From assembly GCA_963664115.2 (NCBI GenBank), contig CAXWPJ010000012.1, positions 64,001 to 128,000 of the forward strand: 64,000 nt of DNA, read 5' to 3'. This DNA is from Terriglobia bacterium (GTDB lineage Bacteria; Acidobacteriota; Terriglobia; 20CM-2-55-15). Shown piece by piece: positions 51,409-60,676 of this stretch (position 1 is the stretch's first letter; each line of letters begins with the position of its first letter). The notes beneath the pieces are model-generated. The model did not search any database. It was not told where the DNA came from and saw nothing but the letters and a program-made list of their open reading frames with translations. The position numbers were made by a program, and so were the translations under genes.

Positions 51409-52098
51409 CTATCGAATGACATCCCCTGGAATGTCCAAGTTGAAAACGTCATTGGAAATGCGGCCGTTAAGCACGATGTCGGAATATTTCACGATCTGAT
51501 AGTCACCGCCGGCTTCGTTCAACCGGCTCTGTATGGGAATCCATCGGCTCTGATCGACCCACAATTGAATCGTGGGAAACATACCGGCAACGCGTTCGGA
51601 TTTCGGTTCAAGCTTCAAAATCGATGTTTGAATGCCATCCAGGATCTCCTCGCCTACAAGGACCACATCGTAATCGTCCCTGAGCCTCTGGTTCGAAGCT
51701 CCGAATCCAATCATCAGGAATTCCGCAACGTTCCCTCGCTCGCCGAGATCATGTTCCTCCAGAACATTGATCCGAGGACGGTACAGTTGCGCCTTGCCGT
51801 CGGCTACAAGCAAGTGCTGTTCAGCCGGTTCGCTGATGCTGAGTCGAATGCGGCTGTCTTCGCCGGTCCCAGCAAAATACACTTTGCCGGAGTCCGTGCT
51901 GCGGACGTTGACAAAAATTACAACCTTGGTGCGCTCGATGTCGGCCTCGAGATTACGAAATGCCCGGCCGGCCAAGTCCATGTGTTCCAACACCGCGTCC
52001 AGACCGGTGCCGGCCTGGGCGCCCGGACCGGTCTGAGGAAAGGCCAGGGGGCTCCCGAACAGGGACACCAGGGTCAATAACCACAACAGGGATTTCAT
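51409..52098 (-). CDS. LolA-like periplasmic lipoprotein carrier
   Basis: Signal peptide, G-x-V-Y-F, LLVADG, L-x-L-x-PK, LWVD, F-x-L-x-x-P-x-x-V terminus. Confidence 0.75.
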   Translation of the reverse strand: MKSLLWLLTLVSLFGSPLAFPQTGPGAQAGTGLDAVLEHMDLAGRAFRNLEADIERTKVVIFVNVRSTDSGKVYFAGTGEDSRIRLSISEPAEQHLLVADGKAQLYRPRINVLEEHDLGERGNVAEFLMIGFGASNQRLRDDYDVVLVGEEILDGIQTSILKLEPKSERVAGMFPTIQLWVDQSRWIPIQSRLNEAGGDYQIVKYSDIVLNGRISNDVFNLDIPGDVIR

Positions 52099-52460
52099 TG
52101 CTGCACTACCCAAAACGAATACGCCGCGATGGTGCCGCGGGTATTGTCTATGGGCTCAGTCCGGTAGATGTCTATGGGTTCGTCCGATTGAAGAAACGCC
52201 TGCAGGGTGTCGCGTGCCTCCAGTTCCAGTCTTGGGGACGGATTCGCAAAGATCCTCGCATTGACCTGAACCATATAGACCACGTTCCCGTCATCGTCGA
52301 GAACCCTTTGAACCTCGTCCGGGGGAGACAATCTTCTGAAGTCGGGACGGTCGTTGAAAGCAACCTGAGGAATCATAAAAATGGCAATCAGAATCAGTCC
52401 GCACAGGACGTCGTACTGAAAGGAACCGCGACCAAATTTCCAGATGATCCAGCTTTTCAT
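52095..52460 (-). CDS. Hypothetical membrane protein
   Basis: RGSFQYD plus TM helix; coupled to both neighbours. Confidence 0.7.
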   Translation of the reverse strand: MKSWIIWKFGRGSFQYDVLCGLILIAIFMIPQVAFNDRPDFRRLSPPDEVQRVLDDDGNVVYMVQVNARIFANPSPRLELEARDTLQAFLQSDEPIDIYRTEPIDNTRGTIAAYSFWVVQQ

Positions 52461-52464
52461 CTGC

Positions 52465-53211
52465 TTAACCCTCCGCTGTTACAGTCTGAGACACCAGACT
52501 GGCATCCGTACTCTTGTCACTGGACCCTCCACCTCTGCCATCACTATGAACCGTGCCATCCCGCATCTCGATGATTCGATCCGCATGAGCGGCAAGATCG
52601 GGGTTGTGGGTCACGATAATGATCGTCTGACCCATGCGCCGGTTCAACTCGCGAAACATGGTCAGGACGATCTCGGAGTTTTTCGAATCCAGGTTTCCCG
52701 TGGGTTCGTCCGCCAGAATGATCGCGGGTTCCTTCACAACAGCCCGGGCGATCGCGACCCTCTGTTGTTCCCCACCCGACAATTCTGCAGGACGACGGTC
52801 CATATTGTCTTCCAGTTTGAGCAAATTAAGGATTTTCGAAAGCCGGGTGTCGACCGCAATATCTCCATGATCTCCATGAATTCTCCTGGCAATCTCAATG
52901 TTCGCACGCGCGGTCAGGGTTGGCAAAAGATTGTACTTCTGAAAGACAAAGCCGACTTTGTCCCGCCGAAACGCTGTCCGCGCGGAATCGTTCATCTCCG
53001 CAATCTCCTGGCCGGCAATCAGCACCTGACCCCCGGTAGGATGGGTCATCGCACCCAGGATGTGCATCAGGGACGACTTGCCGCAACCCGACGGTCCCAT
53101 GATTGCCACCATCTCACCCGCATCTACGCGAATGCTCACGCCGCAGAGGGCCGCGACTTCAATCTTCCCTGACCGGTATACCTTCGTTAAATCAATAGTT
53201 TCCAACAACAT
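52465..53211 (-). CDS. LolD/MacB-type ABC ATPase
   Basis: [25 protein letters not shown]. Confidence 0.92.
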   Translation of the reverse strand: MLLETIDLTKVYRSGKIEVAALCGVSIRVDAGEMVAIMGPSGCGKSSLMHILGAMTHPTGGQVLIAGQEIAEMNDSARTAFRRDKVGFVFQKYNLLPTLTARANIEIARRIHGDHGDIAVDTRLSKILNLLKLEDNMDRRPAELSGGEQQRVAIARAVVKEPAIILADEPTGNLDSKNSEIVLTMFRELNRRMGQTIIIVTHNPDLAAHADRIIEMRDGTVHSDGRGGGSSDKSTDASLVSQTVTAEG

Positions 53212-53261
53212 ACGTCTTCTCTTAACTCAAACCTCAAACGGCTTGAGTTGTACCACCTTAG

Positions 53262-54362
53262 CTATTCATAGGCGAGAGCTTCAACCGGATCCTGACTCGC
53301 TGCACGGAGGGAGGGGTAGATCGCGCCAAGGATGCCGCTGACCAGGGCTAGACCAATGGCCTGAAGAATCCAGTCGGTCGGGATCACAATCGCAAGCGTG
53401 GGATAGGCACGTTGGACCGTGTCGGCGACCACGAAGCTCAGTCCGATACCAATAAGTGTGCCGGCAACGCACAACCAGAGGGTCTCCGTGAGGATCATCC
53501 GAACGACATAACGCTTCGAGGCCCCGAGCGATCGCAGAATACCAATTTCACGGGTCCGTTCGCTGATCGTCGTGTACATCGAAAGAAATATGACAAGCAC
53601 TCCGATGGAAACCGCAAGCGACAGCACAACGGTCAGAAACGCGTCAAGCGCAGGCACGCTGGTGTTGCTCATCAACGAAACCATGTCCCGAACCGGAATT
53701 GCAGGGTAGGTCGGCAGCATCGCCTCCAGTTGATCAACCATCGCATAGGTGTCGTCGGGGTCATCGAGTTTGATGTAAAACAGCGAAGCTCTATCGGGGG
53801 CTCCCATCATTTCCTGGGCTGTGGCCAGATCCATGTACAGCCGGGCGCCTTTGCCGTTATCCACAACGCCGGACACTTCAAAACGATGGTTCAGTATCGA
53901 GATCTCGTCTCCGACACCGATGCCTTTGGCTTCTGCGTAAAGATCGTCGATCAAGATCTCATCGCTCGACTGGAAAATACGGCCGTCAATATAGGAAAAA
54001 CCACCGCCAAGGGCACCGAAGCTGTCTTCGTCAATCCCGAAGACGATGTCCAGACCACCCTGGGAATTGAATTGAGTCACGACTGGAGCAACCGACGCTA
54101 TCCCCTCGACCTCGGTCAACCGTTCGCCAATGGCAACCGGCATCACCGAGCTGTTCAATCCCAGGAACACCGATGAGCCGGGCGCCTGAAGCATAATTTC
54201 CGCTCCAACTCCCTGCGCACGCTCCCCGATATCGATCTTGATTCCGGTCACCAGGCCTACGATCAGAAGGATGAGCGCGACCTCGACAGAGACAGCGACA
54301 ATGCTGACCGCGGTCCTGACGGGCCGGTGGGCGAGGTTGGCGAAAATAATTTCCTTGGTCAA
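53262..54362 (-). CDS. FtsX/MacB/LolE-type ABC permease
   Basis: ERTREIGILRSLGA, P...A...DPVEAL. Confidence 0.9.
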   Translation of the reverse strand: MTKEIIFANLAHRPVRTAVSIVAVSVEVALILLIVGLVTGIKIDIGERAQGVGAEIMLQAPGSSVFLGLNSSVMPVAIGERLTEVEGIASVAPVVTQFNSQGGLDIVFGIDEDSFGALGGGFSYIDGRIFQSSDEILIDDLYAEAKGIGVGDEISILNHRFEVSGVVDNGKGARLYMDLATAQEMMGAPDRASLFYIKLDDPDDTYAMVDQLEAMLPTYPAIPVRDMVSLMSNTSVPALDAFLTVVLSLAVSIGVLVIFLSMYTTISERTREIGILRSLGASKRYVVRMILTETLWLCVAGTLIGIGLSFVVADTVQRAYPTLAIVIPTDWILQAIGLALVSGILGAIYPSLRAASQDPVEALAYE

Positions 54363-54400
54363 GGAAACCTCAGCGATCGGTCTTCAGGCATAGTCACGAT

Positions 54401-55312
54401 TCAATCCAATTGATCCGGTTCGGCGTCACTTATCTCGATCAGCTCCGCGCCTCGGGGAACCTCGACCATAAATGCGCTTTCCTCGATGGGCGTATTCAGT
54501 TGGGTACTGTCAAAGTTGATTTCCAGCGAATAATCTTCGGCAGGCCGTTCGATCAGAATTCGCTGCGGGAAACTTATGCCGTCTATATCCTGGTAGAGAT
54601 CGTAGGCCACGTCGGTCTCGCGGACCCCTTCGAGTCCAAAACTCTGTTTCCTCGAAACCCTAAGGTCTCTTCGATCGATCCATAGCTTTTCGATTACCTG
54701 AGGCGCATCACCAGCGCTGTCGACGAACTCAAAGACATAGAAACTGCGGCGGCCATCGACGGCTTCATAGAAGACTGGTATTACGTTCGAGCTATCGACA
54801 TACTGGGCAACGTCCACGAAAAGGGCATCCATGATGTGCTGAGGCCTGAGATTCAGTATGGCGTTTTCCGCAGTGGCCTGGGTCGAGGTATCGCCGACGA
54901 ACACACGGTTTTGAACCGGCACGTTGAGTTGAAACCGCTCGCCGTCAGACACCATATCAAACACGGTTACCAGCGCCAGCGGGGCCTCTCCCCGCATCCG
55001 GATACGGGACGGCCTCTCCACGACAAGAAAACCTCGGGTCTCCCGATATACGGTTTCCTCCCCCCGGGTCAGCACCCCTGCAGAAGCAGTGAAGTTGACT
55101 GCCGCCGTCAGGGTACTCACAGATCTACTGATTTCTTCAAGGTTTTGGAGCAACTCCCCTCGCGAGGCATCCAGTGAAGGAAACGGGAGTTCTTCGGTCG
55201 GGACAACCCTCGTTCGAGAAACACCACAACCCGTCAACAGGAGAACCACGCTCAGCCCGATCAACTTGAACGATCCCGTAAAACCGGCAGGTCTTGAAAC
55301 CGTACTCCGCAA
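54401..55312 (-). CDS. Lipoprotein, probable LolA/LolB-like fold; start uncertain
   Basis: Lipobox LTGC, MVSDG, LWIDR, FPQRI, F...VP.G terminus. Confidence 0.65.
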   Translation of the reverse strand: MRSTVSRPAGFTGSFKLIGLSVVLLLTGCGVSRTRVVPTEELPFPSLDASRGELLQNLEEISRSVSTLTAAVNFTASAGVLTRGEETVYRETRGFLVVERPSRIRMRGEAPLALVTVFDMVSDGERFQLNVPVQNRVFVGDTSTQATAENAILNLRPQHIMDALFVDVAQYVDSSNVIPVFYEAVDGRRSFYVFEFVDSAGDAPQVIEKLWIDRRDLRVSRKQSFGLEGVRETDVAYDLYQDIDGISFPQRILIERPAEDYSLEINFDSTQLNTPIEESAFMVEVPRGAELIEISDAEPDQLD

Positions 55313-55340
55313 TTTCCTCGATTCCCTCAAATTTCTATTC

Positions 55341-55949
55341 TTAGATTTCCTGGCTTGCCACTCGACGCCGGGAAAACACATAAAAAACAGTGGACACGAC
55401 GATAACGGCCGCAATACCTGCACCGATCTTTCCGAAATTCTGCTGGACAAAGGTGATCGCTGCGGCGCCGTACACAACGGCAAGAATGCCCTGGGAAAAG
55501 TAACGGATCCCGCGGCCGACCAGGACGGCAATCATGAAACGTGGCCAGGATATGCCGAACATTCCCGCTGAGAGAACAAATACCTTGAATGGTGTCGGCG
55601 GAGGCAAGAGCGACGGCACAACCACGGCAAGAATCCCGTAACGGCTATACCATGTGCGGACCCTCTCCAGGCGTCGTGCGGAAAAGCGCTTCCGGACCAG
55701 GGCTTCACCACCCCTTCGACCGACGGCATAGAGCATGGCACAACCAATGACCGAGCCCAGGGTTGTCAGTCCGGCATAGACCAACATCTGTTCCGGCGCC
55801 CGAATCGAGAACGTCATCAACAGGATGTCGTTCACTTCCGGCAGCGAGACGAACGATGAATCGCATATCGCCAGCAACATCAACCCGACACCACCGTAAG
55901 GTAGCAACGCCTGCTCCAGCCATTCGGAGATCGTACTGAATATTTCCAT
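55341..55949 (-). CDS. YqaA/DedA (VTT-domain) membrane protein
   Basis: DSSF, GSVIG, Y.VGR.GG, PPPTPFK, GR.IRY. Confidence 0.88.
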   Translation of the reverse strand: MEIFSTISEWLEQALLPYGGVGLMLLAICDSSFVSLPEVNDILLMTFSIRAPEQMLVYAGLTTLGSVIGCAMLYAVGRRGGEALVRKRFSARRLERVRTWYSRYGILAVVVPSLLPPPTPFKVFVLSAGMFGISWPRFMIAVLVGRGIRYFSQGILAVVYGAAAITFVQQNFGKIGAGIAAVIVVSTVFYVFSRRRVASQEI

Positions 55950-56248
55950 TTTGCGATCGAATTGGCAATCGAAGTGCCCGCCGCTGCTCCACCAAGGCCT
56001 TTACCTCAGACAGCCTCTGCGCTCTCACGAAGCAGGCTGCTATCTCGTACAAACCTTTTATTTTAGCACGTCCATTCCACGCCAGTCGGGCCTATTTGAG
56101 CGGTAGAGATCGGGCGGTTTATTCCGGATTCTTGTCCCAGCAGGCCCGCTTTTGACTTCTGACTTGTGGCGCAGATTTCCAAGCTTTCCAAATTTGGCTT
56201 GAAGTCGTGTAGACTGGCCCGGATATCAATTTCCGAAGGGGACTTACG

Positions 56249-56587
56249 ATGAAAAAGATCCTCTCTTTCGTTTTTATTGCAACTCTTCTCGCGAGCGCGC
56301 TCGCGCTCCCAACCCTGTCTCAAATCCGTGGAGGCCGGCGCTCGGAAACTGAGGCCCGGGTCCGTGCCGAAGCCCGGCAGGAACGGAGGGACGAGGCGCA
56401 GGAAGAGCTCAAGACCGCGACGAATGAACTGGAGACTCTCGCGAAAGTTTTGGTCGATGAGGTTGCCGCGTCTGACGGATACACGACCTCAATGCAGATT
56501 CTGGAAGCGAGTGGCCGAATCGAAGAACTCGCCAAACAGATCGAAGAACTCGCCAAGACGATCAATCGAAGGGCCCGGGGTCGCTAG
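56249..56587 (+). CDS. Small exported helical hypothetical protein
   Basis: Signal peptide MKK..., SD, coiled coil IEELAK x2. Confidence 0.7.
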   Translation: MKKILSFVFIATLLASALALPTLSQIRGGRRSETEARVRAEARQERRDEAQEELKTATNELETLAKVLVDEVAASDGYTTSMQILEASGRIEELAKQIEELAKTINRRARGR

Positions 56588-56847
56588 TACGGTCGAGGGA
56601 CAGAGACTTCGTCCCGGATCGATTCGTCGGGACAGGTCGGGGGCGGCAATGCGCGCCCCCTGACATTCAATCTTGCAACTGCCCACCAACCGGCTTCACT
56701 CCAAAGACCACCCTCCGCCACATCGTGATCCATCAGTGTAGGAATAAGGAAGACGATGATGGCGATTGTCGTCCATCTGATTTAATTGTTGGCTGCTCAC
56801 GCTGACCGAGCGGGGGGACACAACCAGGCGCTCTGTCAGCGCACAAC

Positions 56848-58098
56848 TCATTGAGTCAGCGTAAAGGGTGAAACGCTCGTAAAGACGGAAAAATCTGTCT
56901 TGAAACGCAAAGATACGACCGTCACTTCCACGTCGCTCGTGATCTGCATTGTACCGATATGACCGGTCGATTCGGCGAAAAGTTGGAAGACGAACTGGAA
57001 ATTGTGGTTCAGGGGAGCGAGCGTCGCCGTCTGCTCTGTCCCGACGATCTGGCCTTCTGGGTCGAGCAGCTTAAAAGTTATATTCGCCGTCTGAGTCGAG
57101 GACGGGTTTGCGTATGACACGGCTGTCAGGAATCCCTCCTCATCCACGAAAATCGCCTGCGACCTATCCGTGGACGAAGGAGGAAAGCTCGCCTCGGCAA
57201 CCACAGAAGAGCCTGAAAACTGAGAAACAATGGCGCTGCCCGTCACTGGAATGTCAGAAGCCACCGTTGCGAATCCTATGCCGATGTTGGACGAATCTGA
57301 GGTTGACACCAGCCGCCGGCTTTCCCCGCCTGCCAGTTGGAAGTCGATGGTCCCCGTGGCGAATTGCTGGTCCAGATTGTCCAGCAAACGTGGCACGAGC
57401 GGAATCCCTCCGAAATCCGCAAAGTCGCCGAAAGTAATCGTGCCAGTTGCAGGTGTGCTCGACGCACTGGGGTTCGTAATAAACAATGTCGTCTTAAAGC
57501 CACCGCCGTCCACAATTAGCGGAAAATAGAAGATTTCGTTCTGGGTAATTACCGTCGCAGCTGAAACAGTCACTTCGTCTGAGTAAATAAAATCTCCCGT
57601 TGAGCTTCCGCTGCCATTCGCCGCATTGCCTGCCACACTAAATCGGACGTCCCCGGTGGCACTGCTTGATGGTGAAGTCCAGTCGAAGGAAAACGTAGCA
57701 CTGCCGCTCCCCGCCTTTCCGAATGAGTGCTCGATTCCACCTAGAGGCCCCAGATCAAGCTTTGTGCCGCCACCGGCTGTGAACGAACCAGCCTCAGCCA
57801 CCGTCGAATCAACAGCAGTCATCTGGAAACCGAAAAGGCTCTGACCACTCTGGCTAACCGTGACTGTCAGTGGGTAAGTCGTGCTTGGACTCCACTGACT
57901 AGGCAGTCCACCTATATTTACGCCTCCACCAAAAGGGGGGTTCACCTGAAAGTCGTTGTGACAGCCCGATGTACTACAGGTCGTTCCAGTCACACCTGAA
58001 CGCTCACTGGGAGGCCCAGCAAAATTATTCCCCCAAACCATAGCTGCCCAGGCCAGCAGCAGCACCGAAGCAAAGAATGACAGTCGATTCAGAGACAT
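56848..58098 (-). CDS. Exported protein with Reeler-like N-terminal domain carrying CxxxxCH
   Basis: Signal peptide, CSTSGCH, GFQMTA, FDWTSP, GNAANG...TGDFIY; SD GGAGG. Confidence 0.75.
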   Translation of the reverse strand: MSLNRLSFFASVLLLAWAAMVWGNNFAGPPSERSGVTGTTCSTSGCHNDFQVNPPFGGGVNIGGLPSQWSPSTTYPLTVTVSQSGQSLFGFQMTAVDSTVAEAGSFTAGGGTKLDLGPLGGIEHSFGKAGSGSATFSFDWTSPSSSATGDVRFSVAGNAANGSGSSTGDFIYSDEVTVSAATVITQNEIFYFPLIVDGGGFKTTLFITNPSASSTPATGTITFGDFADFGGIPLVPRLLDNLDQQFATGTIDFQLAGGESRRLVSTSDSSNIGIGFATVASDIPVTGSAIVSQFSGSSVVAEASFPPSSTDRSQAIFVDEEGFLTAVSYANPSSTQTANITFKLLDPEGQIVGTEQTATLAPLNHNFQFVFQLFAESTGHIGTMQITSDVEVTVVSLRFKTDFSVFTSVSPFTLTQ

Positions 58099-58190
58099 TC
58101 AGCACTTCCTCCATTTCCACCAAGAGACCCATTCCACAGGTCAAGGGACTAACGGGAAATTAAATTTCCTCTTGTTTCAACCCGAATTCT

Positions 58191-59720
58191 CTACTCCAAC
58201 ACCAAATCGACGGGACTTCCATCCATAGCAAAGAAACGCATGATGCCGGTGGTCACTTGCCCGGCATGACCACTAAACAGGATGGTCTGGGTCGTCCAGC
58301 CCCCACCGTCGACCAGCTGAAAGAATAACTCTGCAGTCGTCGTTACACCCGCCTCATTGGTCGCTTTCATCGCTGTCATCAGGGCGTTTTCGCGCTCGTT
58401 CATTCGGCTTCGAAGCCCGACGACGGCAATCGTATCGAGTGAGCTCACCTTCAAGACACCCTTGAGAGGGGAAGGGAGTACGTCCGAGGCAAACGCGTCA
58501 TTCAAAAAGATCGCCTGTTGCCCCGATGCAGGAACCACCCGTTCTGTAACGGCGACCAGAGAACCGTCTAGGCGGGTCAATTCCAGAGTCACCGTCGTCG
58601 GCTCAAAAGCGATGTTTGCGACGGCAACACCGGACTGAACGGAACCGATACTGCCGGGTTCACCGGAGCTTTCCACATACATCCTGAACGCATTCCCTGT
58701 TTCAGAAGGCGCTATGGTCGCTTCGGATATGGTCGTGAGCTCGCTGTCTTGAATGCCAATAACGATTTGGGCAATCGGAGCGATATTCCCTTCATCGGGA
58801 ACGACACGAAACGAACCCAACTCTACAAACGGACTCGGGTTTGTCGTAACGAACTCCGTGAAGCCGCGGGCACTGAGGGAGTAATCCTGTGTCGTCAGTG
58901 AAAGTCCGTTCAATGGTGTGGGTGTCGTAAGTCCCGGCGACACGGGGTCGACAGTGCCCTGGGTGATGAATCCGACTCTTCCAGCAATCGTTTCGTCCGT
59001 CGGATTGACTAAAATCACCCGCGACGACCAGGCCCCACCCGTAACAAAATGAGGTAGAAACACGGTCTCCGTCGAAGTCCGCGTGAGATCGGATACCGGC
59101 ATACTGCTGAAGACAAAATCGCCATTCGAAGCGAGCGACAGTCTCAATGCCACTACCGACACGGGGAGCGTCGAGGTTAAGGTCAGAGCACCCTTAGTTC
59201 CCGTCGCCAAATTGAAGGGATCTTCGGAAATGAACCGGGCAGTCTGTCGGTTTGCCCCAATCGTAAACGATCCCGAAGCAACATCAGTCGGGAGCTGGCG
59301 CGAGTCCGAAAAAACAAAGTCAATCCGCACGTCTCCGTCGTTTGGATTGACGATTGCGAGGACTGTGTTAAGGATATTGGTGGTGAACGTTACAAACACG
59401 CGCCCCGATGTCAGAAGGGGTGCCTCCCCAATCCCGGTTTCCGTCAAGAGCTCACCGTCCGAATTCCGGAAACTGATCATCTCGAAACCCGACGGCGTTG
59501 TGCCCAAGGCATCGGGTTGGATGCGCGCATGCGTCACTGACGCTTCCGAGTCGTTTCCACTTGTGATCAGGGAAACCCCTCCACGATCACTTACTGAGTA
59601 GGGACGCTCGGAACTGCCCGCCTGCGGCATCGGTACCATTGGCACCACGCCCCACAGCAGTGTGCTTCCACCCAAAAAAACGACGGATATCAAAACAACT
59701 ATTCGATTCGCAACCACCAC
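58191..59720 (-). CDS. Exported beta-rich repeat-domain protein related to the C-terminus of 56848-58098
   Basis: Repeated (F/L)P..V.GG.(W/F).(S/T), A.(V/A)N and G.L...S...V.V..LR motifs. Confidence 0.75.
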   Translation of the reverse strand: MVVANRIVVLISVVFLGGSTLLWGVVPMVPMPQAGSSERPYSVSDRGGVSLITSGNDSEASVTHARIQPDALGTTPSGFEMISFRNSDGELLTETGIGEAPLLTSGRVFVTFTTNILNTVLAIVNPNDGDVRIDFVFSDSRQLPTDVASGSFTIGANRQTARFISEDPFNLATGTKGALTLTSTLPVSVVALRLSLASNGDFVFSSMPVSDLTRTSTETVFLPHFVTGGAWSSRVILVNPTDETIAGRVGFITQGTVDPVSPGLTTPTPLNGLSLTTQDYSLSARGFTEFVTTNPSPFVELGSFRVVPDEGNIAPIAQIVIGIQDSELTTISEATIAPSETGNAFRMYVESSGEPGSIGSVQSGVAVANIAFEPTTVTLELTRLDGSLVAVTERVVPASGQQAIFLNDAFASDVLPSPLKGVLKVSSLDTIAVVGLRSRMNERENALMTAMKATNEAGVTTTAELFFQLVDGGGWTTQTILFSGHAGQVTTGIMRFFAMDGSPVDLVLE

Positions 59721-59868
59721 CCATTCCCCCCTGAAATACTACGGATAATCGAAGATCCTTTATTTTTTCATACTCGGACCGCTCTCTGCCACATGCCACA
59801 ACCATCAACCATTTGGAATTCGTTGTGCGCGCATGGCTCGCACCTACAGAAGAAGTGTGGTCCTCGGC

Positions 59869-60573
59869 CTAGGATTTCATTGTCGGCCGCATCACGACTT
59901 CGCTGATAAAGCTGTTGGCTTCCTGGCCAACGAGCATCCGAACGGCATGGGCCACGTCTCCCGGTTGGAGAATTCGATCCCGGGACTTCCCCTTGAGGTC
60001 CTTAGGTGAAAACGTCGTGTTCGTCGAGCCCGGGCAAATCAAAGATACCCGAACCCCGTGCTCGCGCACTTCCTGCATAAGCGCTTCTGTAAAACCAACG
60101 ACACCGAACTTGGAAGCGCAATAGAGAGAACGGCCCGCCGAACCCACCTTACCGGCGATCGAAGCAATGTTGATAATCTGCCCCCGTTTTCGCTCGGTCA
60201 TGGTCCCCAGCACGGATCGACACATCAGAAAGATGCCTTTGAGGTTCGTGTCGATCACGCGATCGAAGTCGTCTTCACTGGCCTCGGTGGTCGCTCCAAA
60301 GTGGTAAACACCGGCAGAATTCACCAGAACGTCCACTGCTCCAAGTTTCCTTTCGGTCTCCGCGACGACTTGTCGGACTTCCGATTCAACGCGAAGATCG
60401 GCCGGAAAAACCATAGCATCAGGGACAGAGCGAGCGGTTTCTTCCAACTCGGACCGCGTCCGTGAAACCAGGGCGACACGCATTCCCAGCCGGCCCAGTT
60501 CCACTGCAATCGCGCGGCCGATTCCGCGGCCGGCTCCCGTCACTATTGCGACCTGATTTTCGAGAGAGACCAT
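59869..60573 (-). CDS. Classical short-chain dehydrogenase/reductase
   Basis: TGAGRGIG, NSAG, YCASK. Confidence 0.92.
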   Translation of the reverse strand: MVSLENQVAIVTGAGRGIGRAIAVELGRLGMRVALVSRTRSELEETARSVPDAMVFPADLRVESEVRQVVAETERKLGAVDVLVNSAGVYHFGATTEASEDDFDRVIDTNLKGIFLMCRSVLGTMTERKRGQIINIASIAGKVGSAGRSLYCASKFGVVGFTEALMQEVREHGVRVSLICPGSTNTTFSPKDLKGKSRDRILQPGDVAHAVRMLVGQEANSFISEVVMRPTMKS

Positions 60574-60608
60574 GAGTTAAATAAACCTGTTAATGAGACG
60601 TTGATAGG

Positions 60609-60627
60609 AGTTAAGAGTTAAAAGTTA
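60609..60627. repeat. Heptamer repeat identical to 7196-7214
   Basis: AGTTAAGAGTTAAAAGTTA. Confidence 0.55.
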
Positions 60628-60676
60628 TGCGCTGAGTCCTTTCGCCCCCCGGCCCTCTTACTAACTGTTAAGGCTG

